This document shows positions 18,656 through 31,000 of a DNA stretch of 64,000 bases, piece by piece. A program made the position numbers and the translations under genes. The DNA lies in assembly GCA_034417075.1 (NCBI GenBank), contig DAOULU010000012.1, positions 211,342 to 275,341 of the forward strand. Reading direction: 5' to 3'. The notes under the pieces were generated by a model that did not search any database, was not told where the DNA came from, and was given only the letters and a program-made list of their open reading frames with translations. The first letter of the stretch is position 1; every line of letters starts with the position of its first letter. Source of the DNA: Anaerolineales bacterium (lineage in GTDB: Bacteria > Chloroflexota > Anaerolineae > Anaerolineales > E44-bin32).

Positions 18656-19687
18656 TTAGGCGGCTGACTTTTTCGATTTCTCTTTGCCAGTATCCCCGGT
18701 GAAATTCGTGGGGACGATTCCATTCTTCTGTGCTTCGTCAAACGATATCAATGTGGGTGGCGTTTTTTCTTCCGTTTCGTCGGAAGATTTATCCTGGCTA
18801 TCTTCCTGCAGCATCTCTTCCAATTCATCGGAAATCGAATTTCGAAGTTGGGCTAGGATTTCCGATTGATCTTCGGAAATATCCAGGTCCATCATGATAT
18901 CGAGCAATTCTGCAATCGTCCGTTTCGCGCTGAACCATACCATCCCGATCGGTGTTTGGGCACGATCACGTTCAAACACGATGACCAGGAATAGATCCTT
19001 ACATAAGCTTGTGGAGAAAGTATTCCATTTCGAACCTTCGTTATACATTAGGTTAAAAACACAATCTTCCGACATATTGCGAGCCAGCTCGAAAAACGAA
19101 GCGTGTCCTGCGCCTATCAGTGCGGTGGTTATGGGGACATCGAATTCTTCAACGTATCCCGAATAAGTTATCGGTTTTCCCTCTGCGTTCGCCAGGATGA
19201 TGCAGTGTGCGGATATTTCTTGTCGAAGAGCATCCAACTTGAGGGTGATATTTTGTATTTTTTCCTTGATATCACACGCGATAGGCTCACGAGTTTCACT
19301 GCTCGTGCTGAGAACTTCTCGGGTGGCGTCGATCAAATCATCGATATCAATTGGCTTCGCCATGTAGCGGGCGACGTTGAGCTGTTTTGCTTTGGCCTTT
19401 ACGTCTTCGGAACCATATGCGGTCATGAGAATCATGCGGGTGTTGATCCCGTTGGAACGGATTTTTTCCATCAACTCGAGGCCGTCGACTTGCGGCATAC
19501 GTAGATCGGTGATCACCAGCTCATACACGATCTTCTGTATTTTATTCCAAGCAATGGAACCGTTATCGGCCGTGTCGACAACGTATCCCTCACCAAGGCC
19601 TTGAAGGGTATCAGCGATCGCGGTAGTAAACGTCAATTCGTCATCGACCACCAATACACGAGGAGGTTGTTCCTGGCGTTCACCCAT
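18656..19687 (-). CDS. response-regulator receiver domain fused to a Roadblock/LC7-like domain
   Basis: REC motifs VLVVDDE, ELVITDLRMPQVDG, MTAYG, AKP. The C-terminal half (CIILANAEGKPITYSG...LFLVIVFERD) resembles the Roadblock/LC7 (MglB-like) fold. ggagag RBS before the ATG. Confidence 0.8.
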   Translation of the reverse strand: MGERQEQPPRVLVVDDELTFTTAIADTLQGLGEGYVVDTADNGSIAWNKIQKIVYELVITDLRMPQVDGLELMEKIRSNGINTRMILMTAYGSEDVKAKAKQLNVARYMAKPIDIDDLIDATREVLSTSSETREPIACDIKEKIQNITLKLDALRQEISAHCIILANAEGKPITYSGYVEEFDVPITTALIGAGHASFFELARNMSEDCVFNLMYNEGSKWNTFSTSLCKDLFLVIVFERDRAQTPIGMVWFSAKRTIAELLDIMMDLDISEDQSEILAQLRNSISDELEEMLQEDSQDKSSDETEEKTPPTLISFDEAQKNGIVPTNFTGDTGKEKSKKSAA

Positions 19688-19846
19688 AGTATTACTCTCC
19701 AGAATCTGCCTGGTGAAAATCGCACATGAGTTCTTATCATCGTATCAAATGTTCGACCCTGTTTCGGCTTTCAGTTTCCTTACAGTCTCCTATAGGCGCG
19801 GTGACGCACTATTTTCGAATCGAACGGATGAATGATCCCTCTGGGA

Positions 19847-22800
19847 TTAAGCGTTGAGGATTTTCTGAATAGAGTTGGCAAGCGTTTTTTTATCGACAGG
19901 TTTTTGTACCCACGAAACGAGGTTGCTTTCGAGTAGCTCTCGGGTTCCTTCGTCCAACGGATAGCCGGTAATCAGTAGCATTTTAATCCCGGGTTGCTTT
20001 TCATTCAAAGTGCGGAAAAGTGTAGGTCCACTCAATCCCGGCATTATCACGTCACTCAGTACGAGGTCGACTTTTTCGCCTCCATTATCGAAATGGCGGA
20101 GGGCTTCTATCCCATCCGAGGCGGTGATTACGCGATAATTCAATGACTGCAGCACGCGGCTTAATGCATCGCGGACTTCAGATTCATCTTCGACCAGCAG
20201 AAGTGTCTCTAGATTTCCTTCCAGCGCATCGAAATCGTCGTCATCGAGAATGGTGGAAGCCTGTGTGTTCAACACGGGCAGGTAGATTGTGAAAGTCGTT
20301 CCCTTGCCCTTGCTGCTTTCAACGTCGATATATCCATCGTGCTGCTTTATGATGCCGTAGACTTGCGAAAGACCAAGCCCCGTACCCTGGCCTACGGGTT
20401 TGGTCGTAAAGAAGGGCTCGAAGATATGTGGTAGGACATCGGATGGAATGCCAAATCCGGTGTCGATAATCCGCAGACGCAACCAGGCCCCGGGTTTCAT
20501 GTCGCGATAGGGAGGTCTCTTGTTTGGATGTACAGTGAGTGTCGAAATATCAAAGGTCAACTGTCCGCCATCACTCATGGCATCTCTGGCGTTGATTGCC
20601 AGGTTGATCAGTACTTGTTGAAGTCGACCGGGGTCAGCACGAATCACGACCTGTTCTTCGCAAGGTTTATGTACGACGTGGATGTTTTCAGGAAGCATGC
20701 GATTGATGAGGGTGATGAAATCCTCGAAGAAGTCACGCAGGTTGACTTCAACGGGAGACATGACTCCTTTACGGCTGAAATCCAGAAATTGTTGTGTTAC
20801 AGAAGTGGCTCGTTGTGAAAGGCTGAGGATGGTCTTTACCCATTCCTGAGCTTCTGAACGTAGCGTGGGCTCTTCAAGCAGCATTTCACTATACAGCGTG
20901 ACTGGAACCAGGATGTTGTTGAAGTCGTGCGCGATTCCTGCAGCCATTTGACCCACCGCAGCAAGGCGTTCTTGCAGGTAGACTCGTCTTTGGGTTTCAC
21001 GTTCCTGGGTAACGTCTCGAATGACCAGAACCCATCCCTCAGATTGGACTCCGGTATCCAATGGGCGAGCGATAACTTCGTAAGATTGATTCTCTATTCC
21101 GATTTGTTGCCAAGGGTCCTGACTGGGAGCGTTGAAAATTTGCCGTATGGACACATCCCCGAGATGAGTCAGCGTATCGCCCAACTGGGCATTAGCCAAA
21201 GTCTTTAAATCATTCTTGCCCGCAGGATTGGCGAGTATAACATTTCCAGTCTGGTCGAGGAGTAACACACCCTCCGGTACGGTGTCGATTATTTGCTGAA
21301 CTTGACGCATTTGTTCTTGGATTCGTTCCAACAACCGGAGGCGTTGTGCAGTTGTACCCAATTGCTGGCCGACGGCTTCGGCTAGTGCGATCTCTTCGTC
21401 CGACCAGATACGTGGTACTTGGGCAGTGAGACTGATGCCACCGATGCGGCGATTTTCCTCCGCCACGATCTGTACGGTCAGCGAGGAACGCATGCCGTGT
21501 TCGATGAGAAGATCGGTGAAGGGTAACGGGGGATTCTCCGAATCGGTTGTGGCTTGCCAATCCTCAACAGCCAGTGTTCCAGGAATCTCCAACCCCTTGC
21601 TGGCTCGTATAGCTTCGGTGATACGATCTTTTATTTTGGAAGACATTCCCCGCGTCGCTACATATGGATGAATCCAGATACTTCCTACCTCCAGGCTTAG
21701 GGCATGAAGGGAGCGTTCTAAAGCAATTTCGAGAAGTTGGGGGAGGTCAGTCGCTGCATTTGCAGCGGCGATGATCGAGTTTAGCGCTTCAAAGTGTGTC
21801 GCACGGCGCGTTATTTCTTTTTCCGCTTTTTTACGCTTGTCGATGTCTCTGGAGATTCCCAACGTACCAGCTACGTTGCCATCTTTGTCGAGTAGAGGTA
21901 GTTTAGTCGTCGATACCCAAGCTTCACGACCGTCGGGCCAAATTTCCCGCTCTTCCTTGTCTGAAATTGTATCGCCGGTCTCGATCAATCGCTTCTCGTC
22001 CTCAAAAGCAACCTTTGCATGGTCCTCAGCAAAGAAATCGAAGTCCGTCTTTCCGATCGCCTGGTCTGGATCGGACAACTCGAATTTTTCTGCGAGTGCC
22101 GCGTTGATCTTGATGAACCGACTGTCTAGGTCTTTGAAGTAAATATAATTTGGGGAGTAGTCCATGAGAGATCGCAGGAGATGCTGTTCCCGAGATAGTG
22201 CTTCCTTTGTTTGATTTCTTTCCACGATCTCTTGCTGTAACTCTGTCGTTCTCTCTACGACTTGTTTTTCGATCGCAGCGTAGGCATTCCTGAGTGCATC
22301 TTCTTCTTTTTCCCGTTCCTGACGCAGCAGAGTCTTCTCGACGGCGCTGCTGATTTGCTCTTGTAGGATGTTGCACAATCGCCCTTCCGGGGGATCGACC
22401 TCGAACACGATTATCCCCAATTGCTTCTTTCCACGGAACAGCGTTTCGATGACAAATGAATATCGGCTTTTTCTTGAAGCGAGTTTTACATGGTTCAGAA
22501 GTTCGGTCGTGGGAAACGAATTTCGTTCCTTGAGTTTTGTACGTCCTTTTTCATCGAACGCCAAGATCATCTGCGAAACATCCATATTAACTCGCGGTTC
22601 GCCATCCGCCGGATCCCAGAACCGCTCGTATAGAGAAATGTAACAGCTTCTTATGCCTAATCGAGGCAATCCGAGATATAGGGCATTCGCCAATTCATTA
22701 AGATCGAAAGCAGTGTACAACGCATTGGTGATTTCAAGGAATTTCACGTACTGACGTTCGGTGATCGTCTTCTGATTAAGTCCGGCTTGTTGAAGTTTTT

Positions 22801-24103
22801 CGCTGATCAGCACACGGGCTTGTCCACAGATATCTTCCGCACGCACTAAGATCGACTCGTCGCTGTATTGCGTACGTGCATAGCGGCGCAGCGAGGACAC
22901 TGCGTTTTGCCAAATCCCGATTTCACCATCTCCTGCGATTGTGTCATTAATGAACTGTTCAAGGGTTTGTAGGAACTCTCCTGTCGAACCATTCCTGATC
23001 TCGGCGAGGAAAGTATTAAATAATGCTTCTACGCTTTCCTCCCCCAAATCTTCGATGGCAACATTTACGATGTTGACGAGCTCCAATACCGTCGTATTGG
23101 GTTGTGCGTTCGATTTACTCGAGAACTCCATCTCGGGATGATGCATCGTAGCTGCACGTTTTATTGCCGAGGATGAACACCCGCACGATTCGCGGATGAA
23201 GAGCGTAGTTGGAACGATCACGCGCTCGGGCACTTCCACGCCCTGCAGCATTTGAAGTGCCATGTTCACCGCTTTTCGGCACTGTTCTCGAAAAGGTTGA
23301 TGCACCGTCGTGAGAGGAGGAAGCGTGGCTTTGGTTGTAATTCGATCGTCGAAGCCCGCCACTGCGATGTCATTCGGGACGGATTGCCCATATTCTTTCA
23401 AGGTCCAAGTTACACCAAGCGCTATACTGTCGTTCGCGCCTACTACGGCTTCGAAGTGTTCATTGCGTTGATCGATGAACAAACGAATTGCATTTCCGCC
23501 TGTATATTCGTCCCATGCGCCTGGTGGTGAGATTAGATTGGGATTGATTTCAATCCCCGATTCTCGTAGGACGTCCTTATAAGCTTTAAACCTTTCTTCC
23601 GCACCAATCTGCGATTCCGGACCTCGAATGAAAGCGATGCGACGGAAACCATGATCTTGAACCAGATGAACGATGAGGTTGCGCATACCGAGGTAATCAT
23701 CGGTTGTCACGGTCGGTATTCCTGACACTTCATGACCAATGTTGATCATGGGTTTTGATTCGAACCTTCTACAGAATTCGATGAATGGTTCTTGTGAGAC
23801 GCAGTTGCTGATTGAAGCGTCCCATATTACCAGGGCGTCGATGATTGCGTCGTTCCCTATTGTGAAGATATCGCTGCCATCGGATCGATTTTCGCTCGAA
23901 TCACACAATTCAGCCCCTGCGATACAGATGAGGTTTGCGTTTTGTTCCTGAGCGGCTTTCGCGACAGCGCGCCACATCACCAAGCGATGCGGCTCAGCTA
24001 CGCATGACGTCAGGAAACCTATGGTTGGCCGTTTTCGAAATGCTTTCACCAAGTCATTCCCTAGTTTCTTAAGTTCCTTTATCTCCGCCGCTGACATCGC
24101 CAC
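19847..24103 (-). CDS. soluble hybrid sensor histidine kinase: LacI-type binding-protein-fold domain, GAF-like, PAS, GAF, PAS, HisKA, HATPase, REC
   Basis: 1418 aa with no TM or signal peptide. N-terminus resembles LacI/GalR ligand-binding cores (AVAGFDD...PPLTTVHQP...[10 protein letters not shown]). H-box [13 protein letters not shown]-box [19 protein letters not shown] / [13 protein letters not shown]. Confidence 0.9.
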   Translation of the reverse strand: MAMSAAEIKELKKLGNDLVKAFRKRPTIGFLTSCVAEPHRLVMWRAVAKAAQEQNANLICIAGAELCDSSENRSDGSDIFTIGNDAIIDALVIWDASISNCVSQEPFIEFCRRFESKPMINIGHEVSGIPTVTTDDYLGMRNLIVHLVQDHGFRRIAFIRGPESQIGAEERFKAYKDVLRESGIEINPNLISPPGAWDEYTGGNAIRLFIDQRNEHFEAVVGANDSIALGVTWTLKEYGQSVPNDIAVAGFDDRITTKATLPPLTTVHQPFREQCRKAVNMALQMLQGVEVPERVIVPTTLFIRESCGCSSSAIKRAATMHHPEMEFSSKSNAQPNTTVLELVNIVNVAIEDLGEESVEALFNTFLAEIRNGSTGEFLQTLEQFINDTIAGDGEIGIWQNAVSSLRRYARTQYSDESILVRAEDICGQARVLISEKLQQAGLNQKTITERQYVKFLEITNALYTAFDLNELANALYLGLPRLGIRSCYISLYERFWDPADGEPRVNMDVSQMILAFDEKGRTKLKERNSFPTTELLNHVKLASRKSRYSFVIETLFRGKKQLGIIVFEVDPPEGRLCNILQEQISSAVEKTLLRQEREKEEDALRNAYAAIEKQVVERTTELQQEIVERNQTKEALSREQHLLRSLMDYSPNYIYFKDLDSRFIKINAALAEKFELSDPDQAIGKTDFDFFAEDHAKVAFEDEKRLIETGDTISDKEEREIWPDGREAWVSTTKLPLLDKDGNVAGTLGISRDIDKRKKAEKEITRRATHFEALNSIIAAANAATDLPQLLEIALERSLHALSLEVGSIWIHPYVATRGMSSKIKDRITEAIRASKGLEIPGTLAVEDWQATTDSENPPLPFTDLLIEHGMRSSLTVQIVAEENRRIGGISLTAQVPRIWSDEEIALAEAVGQQLGTTAQRLRLLERIQEQMRQVQQIIDTVPEGVLLLDQTGNVILANPAGKNDLKTLANAQLGDTLTHLGDVSIRQIFNAPSQDPWQQIGIENQSYEVIARPLDTGVQSEGWVLVIRDVTQERETQRRVYLQERLAAVGQMAAGIAHDFNNILVPVTLYSEMLLEEPTLRSEAQEWVKTILSLSQRATSVTQQFLDFSRKGVMSPVEVNLRDFFEDFITLINRMLPENIHVVHKPCEEQVVIRADPGRLQQVLINLAINARDAMSDGGQLTFDISTLTVHPNKRPPYRDMKPGAWLRLRIIDTGFGIPSDVLPHIFEPFFTTKPVGQGTGLGLSQVYGIIKQHDGYIDVESSKGKGTTFTIYLPVLNTQASTILDDDDFDALEGNLETLLLVEDESEVRDALSRVLQSLNYRVITASDGIEALRHFDNGGEKVDLVLSDVIMPGLSGPTLFRTLNEKQPGIKMLLITGYPLDEGTRELLESNLVSWVQKPVDKKTLANSIQKILNA

Positions 24104-24183
24104 TCCACATGAGTGGTCGTTTTGTCAGTTGTTAACGAATGACCGATGTCCCTTGGCAGGAGGACGTCTATCGTGGGGCTGCC

Positions 24184-27100
24184 TCATTCATTGTCTAGCG
24201 CATTACGAATCGCATCAGCCAAGAGATCCACGTCGTAAGGTTTGTGAATCACGGCGGCCACTCCAGCTTGCCGCAGATGATCCAGGTCCTCGGCGATGAT
24301 GTGGCCCGTAACCGCGACCGCCTTGATGGTAGACCCCAATTGACGCAATTCACGCAGTAATGCAGCTCCTCCGATCTCTGGCATAACGACGTCAGTAAAG
24401 AGCAGGTCGATATCACCGTTTGTTTTATAGACTTCCAATGCCTCCTTGCCGTTCGATGCAGATAGAACGTGGTACCCCAAGTCTTCCAGTATCTGCTGGC
24501 CGACTTCACGCATCTTTTCATTGTCCTCCACCAGTAGGATGGTTTCCCCGTTTCCCTGCGGGATGGATGAAAACACACCGTCCTGCGAAGACAGATGTTT
24601 TTCAGGTTTACACAGTGGTAGGTATACATGAAATGTCGTGCCCTTTCCCACCTCTGTATCCACATTGACTTGACCGTTATGCTGTTTCACGATTCCATAT
24701 ACTTGCGACAACCCCAGTCCGGTTCCCTTGCCGGTGTCTTTGGTCGTGAAGAAAGGTTCGAATATGTGCGGCAGCACTTCTGGTGGAATGCCGGTACCGG
24801 TGTCGGAAACGGAAATGCGGAGCCAGTTTCCCGGAACCATGCCCGCAGTCGGTGGATCTTCGTGTTCTTCGAGATGCAAACTGGACAACTTGATCCGCAG
24901 TGTCCCGCCCTTCGGCATTGCGTCGCGAGCGTTGACCACTAAATTCATAAGGACTTGCTGAATTCGAGTGGGGTCGGAATCGACGATGTACTCATCCGGA
25001 TCGATCTCCAGGGTAAGGGAGATATTTTCCGGGATCGTGCGCTTCAGAACTCGCACCGTTTCCTTTATGAACGGCCCAAGATCCACCAAACTCGTCTCGA
25101 TCGGCGATCGGCGACTGAAATCCAAGATTTGCTGCACCAGGTTGGCAGCATGCTTCGATTCTTTGAGGATCGTCTCGAGTGACTTTTTGATATCTTCGTT
25201 CACTTCATGTTTACGTAGCGGTCGTTGCGCGTAAAGCATGATCGTGGTTAACATGTTGTTGAAGTCGTGTGCAATCCCACCGGCCAACTGTCCAACCGCT
25301 GCGAGTCTTTCTTGCTGGTGGATGCGTTTTTGAGTCTCACGTTCTTTGGTCACATCTCGCAAGACCAGGACCCAACCCTTGGATTGCGTTCCTTTTTCTA
25401 ATTCCTTCGCGATGGCTTCAAAGAACCGCTCTTTGAATATAATCCGGCACCAAGGATTCTTCGGATCACGATCCAATACATCTGTAAGAGGGCGATTGCC
25501 GAGTTGTGAGAGGGTATCGCCAAATCCCATTTCAGCAAGAAGTTCGAGGTCCCGTTCTCCTGTCGGATTGGCAAGCAGGATCAATCCATCTTTATCGAGC
25601 AGGATAACTCCTTCGGGGACCGTGTCGATTATTTGCTGTACCTGGCGCATTTGTTCCTGAATCCGTTCCAACAGGCGCAGACGTTCTGTTGCAGTCCCTA
25701 ATTGTTGGCCGACGGCAATCACGAGATCGATTTCCTCTTTCGGCCACGAGCGTGGCTGCATGGCCGAGAGAATCAGCCCGCCGATGAAGATTCCATTCTC
25801 GGCCATGATGGGCGCAACGATTGAGGCGCCAACACCCTGCCGAGTCATGATCGAGGAAATCGGTGCGAGTGATTCGTTCTCGGATTCATGTGACCAATCA
25901 TCGATGGCGATCGGATTCGTGATCCGTGTTCCTTCGTGGGTCAGAATGTCGCGTGTGACGCTGTCGACAATGCCCTCCGGAATGCCGCGCGTGACGACGT
26001 TGGGTGGAATCCAGATACTTCCGATCTCCAAGTCGATGGCTCGGAGCGTATGGTCAAGGGCGGTTTCCAGTAATTGATCGAGATCCGCTTCTGTTGCAGC
26101 GGCGGATATGATCGTGTTCAACGCTTCTACCTGAACTGAACGGCGACGGATCTTCTCATCCGCTTCCCTTAGTTCCTGAAAAGCATTTGCTCCTTGGATT
26201 GCGGCGCTGATTTGGGTGGACAAAGTCTCGCACATTTCTGTATCGAGGTTATGCATCCCAAGAACCAAATACCCAAAGAGTTCGTCGCGGAAGTAGAGCG
26301 AATTGACCACGAGTTCATGTCTACGGTCGTTTAGTAGGAATCCTTCTGGAAATAGATTAACGGCCGGGAATGATTGTCTGACGTCATCGGCCGTGTCTAT
26401 TCTTCCTTCTATGTTGTAGGACAGCATTAGCCTGGCGTTTTTTCTGCTTTGATTTGGGCCATCAAAGAGGCATATAACACAACTATGAATTCCGATGCTT
26501 GGAAAATGATCCCAAATCGTTTCCATTAAGTTCGTCATGTCGTACGTGGTCAGCAATGCTTGGTTCGTATAACGTAATGGCTCAGCGATGTGCTCCTCTT
26601 GCAGTCTCAAATAGGAAGTGGATAGGGCTCCAATTTTACCCAGCAGTAAATTTGCTCGCCGCCAGAGCTCCGCCGTCCGTCTGGAGGATTCAATATCCTT
26701 GACGAGTGGCATAGTGAGCTGATTGAGAGTCGACATCGCATATTGCCACCGATATGCGTCGGTTCCATCAATCAAGCCGCGACGTAATATCTTCTCCAGC
26801 AATATTATGAATTCATCGGGATCGCTTTGATTGGTAAGCGCGTTGAAAAAGATGTCAACCAATTCCGATGTGTTTCTCGTGATCAAGTCTTCTTGTGAAT
26901 AAGACGGGTTATATGCTTCGACGACCTTTTGGACAACATAATCTCGCTGTGCGGTATGATCGTCAGACATCAGAAGCACTTTATCTTCTTGTAGAGAGCC
27001 TTCGGATTTCGGTTCCGGCTCACATGCACAACTCAGGCGCCGGACCAAAGTTGTTGGCATCAATTCACAATCCGGCACTTCTCCGCCTTCCAAAATCGTT

Positions 27101-27972
27101 ATGAGGAATTCCACAGCGCGCTTTCCGATCTCGTACATCGGTTGTCGTACCGTGGTTAGTGGTGGATTGGAAATATTGGCATCCATGACATCGTCATAAC
27201 CGATGATGGCGACGTCATCCGGAACATCAATACCACGAGTTTGAATGGCTTCCATGGCAGCCAGCGCCATGGTATCGTTTGCGCCAACCAACGCGTCGAA
27301 TTCTACCTTGCGCTCATCCAGAAGGACGCGTACCGCTTTCGTTCCCGAATCTCGGAAAAAATCTCCTTCAATGACCAGACTGGGGTCCAATGGAATGCCA
27401 TACTTCTCGAGTGTGTCGAGATAGGCCTGGTATCGCCGATGTGCTTCGGCACTTCCATCAGGACCACGAATGAAAGCGATTTTTCTCCGATTATGTTTCT
27501 GGATAAGATGGGCGATTGCATCTTGCATGCCTGTGAGGTCGTCGGCTAATATGCTGGGAACTCCTGCGACTTCTAATCCAATGCTGACAGTTGGAAGTGG
27601 AAGGTATCGACGGCAGAATGTGGTCAACTCTTCAAAGTTAACACATTGACCGATCACACCTGCTCCGATGATCAGACCATCAACTTGTTTCTCTGGAATT
27701 AATTCATAGATTTCGTTGCGTTGGTATTCGTAATTATCGAAATTCATCGTGGCATTCAAACAGCCACCGGTGTAACAAATCACACTCGCATCATGGTTGC
27801 GCGCAGCTTCGATGATTCCTCGCCATACTTCGAATTGGTATCCGCTCGTGCCGAGAATTCGATCGACCAGAAACGCAATTGTTGGGCGCGTGCTAAAATT
27901 TTGGGAATAGTGCGTGTACTTGCGATTTCCATTTGGTATAGGCATCGACACGCTTTCTACAGCAGGCTCCAC
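24184..27972 (-). CDS. soluble hybrid sensor histidine kinase paralog lacking the first PAS module
   Basis: 1262 aa with the same order of domains as its neighbours, but ~155 aa (coiled coil + PAS) are missing between the GAF-like module and the GAF domain. H-box [23 protein letters not shown] / [13 protein letters not shown]. Confidence 0.9.
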   Translation of the reverse strand: MEPAVESVSMPIPNGNRKYTHYSQNFSTRPTIAFLVDRILGTSGYQFEVWRGIIEAARNHDASVICYTGGCLNATMNFDNYEYQRNEIYELIPEKQVDGLIIGAGVIGQCVNFEELTTFCRRYLPLPTVSIGLEVAGVPSILADDLTGMQDAIAHLIQKHNRRKIAFIRGPDGSAEAHRRYQAYLDTLEKYGIPLDPSLVIEGDFFRDSGTKAVRVLLDERKVEFDALVGANDTMALAAMEAIQTRGIDVPDDVAIIGYDDVMDANISNPPLTTVRQPMYEIGKRAVEFLITILEGGEVPDCELMPTTLVRRLSCACEPEPKSEGSLQEDKVLLMSDDHTAQRDYVVQKVVEAYNPSYSQEDLITRNTSELVDIFFNALTNQSDPDEFIILLEKILRRGLIDGTDAYRWQYAMSTLNQLTMPLVKDIESSRRTAELWRRANLLLGKIGALSTSYLRLQEEHIAEPLRYTNQALLTTYDMTNLMETIWDHFPSIGIHSCVICLFDGPNQSRKNARLMLSYNIEGRIDTADDVRQSFPAVNLFPEGFLLNDRRHELVVNSLYFRDELFGYLVLGMHNLDTEMCETLSTQISAAIQGANAFQELREADEKIRRRSVQVEALNTIISAAATEADLDQLLETALDHTLRAIDLEIGSIWIPPNVVTRGIPEGIVDSVTRDILTHEGTRITNPIAIDDWSHESENESLAPISSIMTRQGVGASIVAPIMAENGIFIGGLILSAMQPRSWPKEEIDLVIAVGQQLGTATERLRLLERIQEQMRQVQQIIDTVPEGVILLDKDGLILLANPTGERDLELLAEMGFGDTLSQLGNRPLTDVLDRDPKNPWCRIIFKERFFEAIAKELEKGTQSKGWVLVLRDVTKERETQKRIHQQERLAAVGQLAGGIAHDFNNMLTTIMLYAQRPLRKHEVNEDIKKSLETILKESKHAANLVQQILDFSRRSPIETSLVDLGPFIKETVRVLKRTIPENISLTLEIDPDEYIVDSDPTRIQQVLMNLVVNARDAMPKGGTLRIKLSSLHLEEHEDPPTAGMVPGNWLRISVSDTGTGIPPEVLPHIFEPFFTTKDTGKGTGLGLSQVYGIVKQHNGQVNVDTEVGKGTTFHVYLPLCKPEKHLSSQDGVFSSIPQGNGETILLVEDNEKMREVGQQILEDLGYHVLSASNGKEALEVYKTNGDIDLLFTDVVMPEIGGAALLRELRQLGSTIKAVAVTGHIIAEDLDHLRQAGVAAVIHKPYDVDLLADAIRNALDNE

Positions 27973-28049
27973 TGGTCGTAATTGTTAGAGAAATCCTTTC
28001 GGTGATGTAGTCGCACGGAATGCGGACGGCCTATTTCTTGTTGCGATTA

Positions 28050-31000
28050 TCACTTACCGTCTAAGACCTTCCGAATTTCATCGGCCACTTCTTTCACTTC
28101 CAAAGGTTTGAATATGATCCCCGAAACGCCGTCATTTCGCAGTTCTTGAAGATCCTTGGCAAGCATATGTCCAGTTACTGCAATGGTTTTAACTGTGGAG
28201 CCCATATCACGCAGGGAGTGTAATAAAGCAACGCCGCCGACTTCCGGCATGACGACGTCGGTAAAAACGAGATCGAAATCTCCGTTCTGGCTGAAGAGAT
28301 CCAGAGCTTCACGACCATTTTTTGCAGCCACAACCTCATAGCCCAAGTCACGTAGCATTTCTTCGCTCACCTCTCGTACGTGTTGGCTGTCCTCGACGAG
28401 GAGGATGCGTTCGCCTGTGCCTTTGGGGATATCGATGTTGTCGGTGGGTAAAATTTCGAATTTTTCGGCTGACTGATGGATCGGAAGATAGACGAGGAAT
28501 TCAGTGCCTTCACCGACCGTGGAATCCACTTTAATGAAACCCTCGTGCTGTTTGACGATGCCCCAAACCTGAGACAAGCCCAATCCCGTTCCCTTGCCGG
28601 CGGCTTTCGTGGTGAAGAAAGGCTCGAAAATATGCGGCAAGATATCCTCGGGTATACCTGTTCCTGTGTCTTTAACGGACAGGCAGAACCACTTTCCTGG
28701 TGTTATGCCAGGAACTGGAACATCATCATCGCTATCTTCTTCATGAACGATCACGCTTGACACGCCGACTCGCAATACTCCACCTTCTGACATAGCGTCT
28801 CGCGCATTCACAACCAGGTTCATCAGGACCTGTTGAATGCGAGTCGGATCTGATTCGACGAGGTACTCATCTGGGTCGATCTCGATGTACAACGAGATGT
28901 TCTCGGGAATAGTTCGTTGTAGTACACGCACGGCTTCTTTCACGAACGGTCCAAGATCGATGGGATGTCGTTCGATCGGTGCGTGTCGGCTGAAATCGAG
29001 GATCTGTTGAACCAAATCTGCTGCCTTACGAGACTCGCTGAGGATCGTCTCGAGGGGTTTTTTCAGATCATTCGGCAGCTGTTGTTTGCGTAAGGGCATT
29101 TGAGCATAAAGCATGATTGTCGTAAGGAGGTTGTTGAAGTCGTGGGCTATTCCACCAGCGAGCTGGCCGACAGCTGCCAGGCGTTCCTGTTGTTGCACTT
29201 GGCGCTGTGTTTCACGTTCATGGGTCACATCTCGAATCACAACGACCCAATTTTTTGATGCACCAGGGGTATTGATGGGTTGTGCGATGATTTCAAAAAT
29301 TCGGTTGCTGGCATTGACCTCATGCCAGGGGACATCCGATTCTTCTTGAAGGATTTTAGAAATGGGATAACCACCGAGGTGGGAAATTTCAGTGCCGACG
29401 GATGTTTTCGCCAGTACATGTAAGTCTCGTGTCCCCGCGGGATTGGCTAGGATCACACGATTGTTCGAGTCAAGTAGTAGCACACCGTCTGGTACGGTGT
29501 CTGTGATTTGCTGCACTTGCTTCATTTGTTCATGGATCTGTTCCATAAGTCTAAGCCGTTCGGCTGCTATTCCTACTTGATAGCCAACCGCTTGCAAGAG
29601 AGTGGTTTCTTCTGTGGTCCACTCAAATGCATTGGGAGAAGCGATACATAGACCTCCGATGCGATTTCCTCCCTCGGTTTTTATCGGAACGGTGATCGAA
29701 GTCCGAACGTCATGTGGTTTGAGAATGGCCTCAAAGAAGCCATAACGCGGGTCTTCTTCCGCTACTTCTTGCCAATCATTGACAATGACGATTTCCGGCA
29801 GATTATTACTTTCAGGATCGTAATGGTAGTGTGGTGATTCATTCTCCGATGGTAACAATTCTCGGAAAACCGCGTGTGGATGGATCCAAATAAGACCCAT
29901 ATCCAAATCAAGTGCGTGGAGGGATAAATCCAAAGCAATTTTCAATAACTCTTGGAAATCGACTGCAGTTGAAGTCAAGCTGATAATCGTGTTGATCGCT
30001 TCTAGGTGGGCGGCGTGGCGTCGAAGTTCTTGCTCCGCTCGCTTGGATTCAGTAATGTCTCTGGAAATACCGAATGTGCCGGTGATTTTTCCCTTCTCAT
30101 CTCGTATAGGTAATTTGGTTGTCGAGACCCACGTTTCGTGTCCGTCCGGCCAGGTCTCTTTTTCTTCTTTCCCGATAATCGGTTCTCCAGTATCGAGCAA
30201 ACGCACTTCGTCTTTAAAAGCTTCCTGTGCATGTTCCTCGGTGTACAAATCAAATACGGTTAATCCCAGCATTTCGTCGGGAGATTCTTTCCCGTGTATC
30301 TTGGCACACACTGGATTGACCTTAATAAACCTACCCTCTTGGTCTTTAAAGTAGATGACATCCGTCGTTTGATCCATTAACAAGTGTAATAAGTATTGTT
30401 CCCGAGTTAATGCTTGTTGGGCCTGCTCACGGTCTACGATCTCGAATTCTAGCTCGATGGCTTTTTCGATAACCTGTTCCTCAGCTTCCGTGTAGGCTTG
30501 CTGCAGCAGTTCATGCTCTTGTTGTCGCGCTCGGAGTAGTAATGCGTAGTTGAGGGAACTGCTTATTTGTTCTTGCAGCATGTCACAGGCTCTTCCATCC
30601 GGTGGATATATTTCGAAAAGTACTACTCCGAGAGGTTCATCAGCGCTTTCGAGGGCTTTAACCACAAAAGAACTTATCTTCTTTCGGGAACCAATTTCTT
30701 TACGAGGAAGGATAGTCGCTGAAGGAGCAATCGCATCAGTTTCCAGCGCCAATCGACCGTTCTCATCGAACGCCAGTATCATCCTTAATAAACTTGGTTC
30801 CGTCTGCAAATCGTCTTCCTGCAGTGCATATGCACCTTCGTAGAGGGACAGATAGCAACTCCGAATTCCGAAACGAGGTAGATTTCGATGGAGGATCTCG
30901 AGTAAATCATCGAGTTCGTGCGCTGTCGACAAAGCTCTGGTAGTCTCACGCATATTCGCGTATTGTCGATCGTAGATCAACGATTGACGCGTTTCGATCT

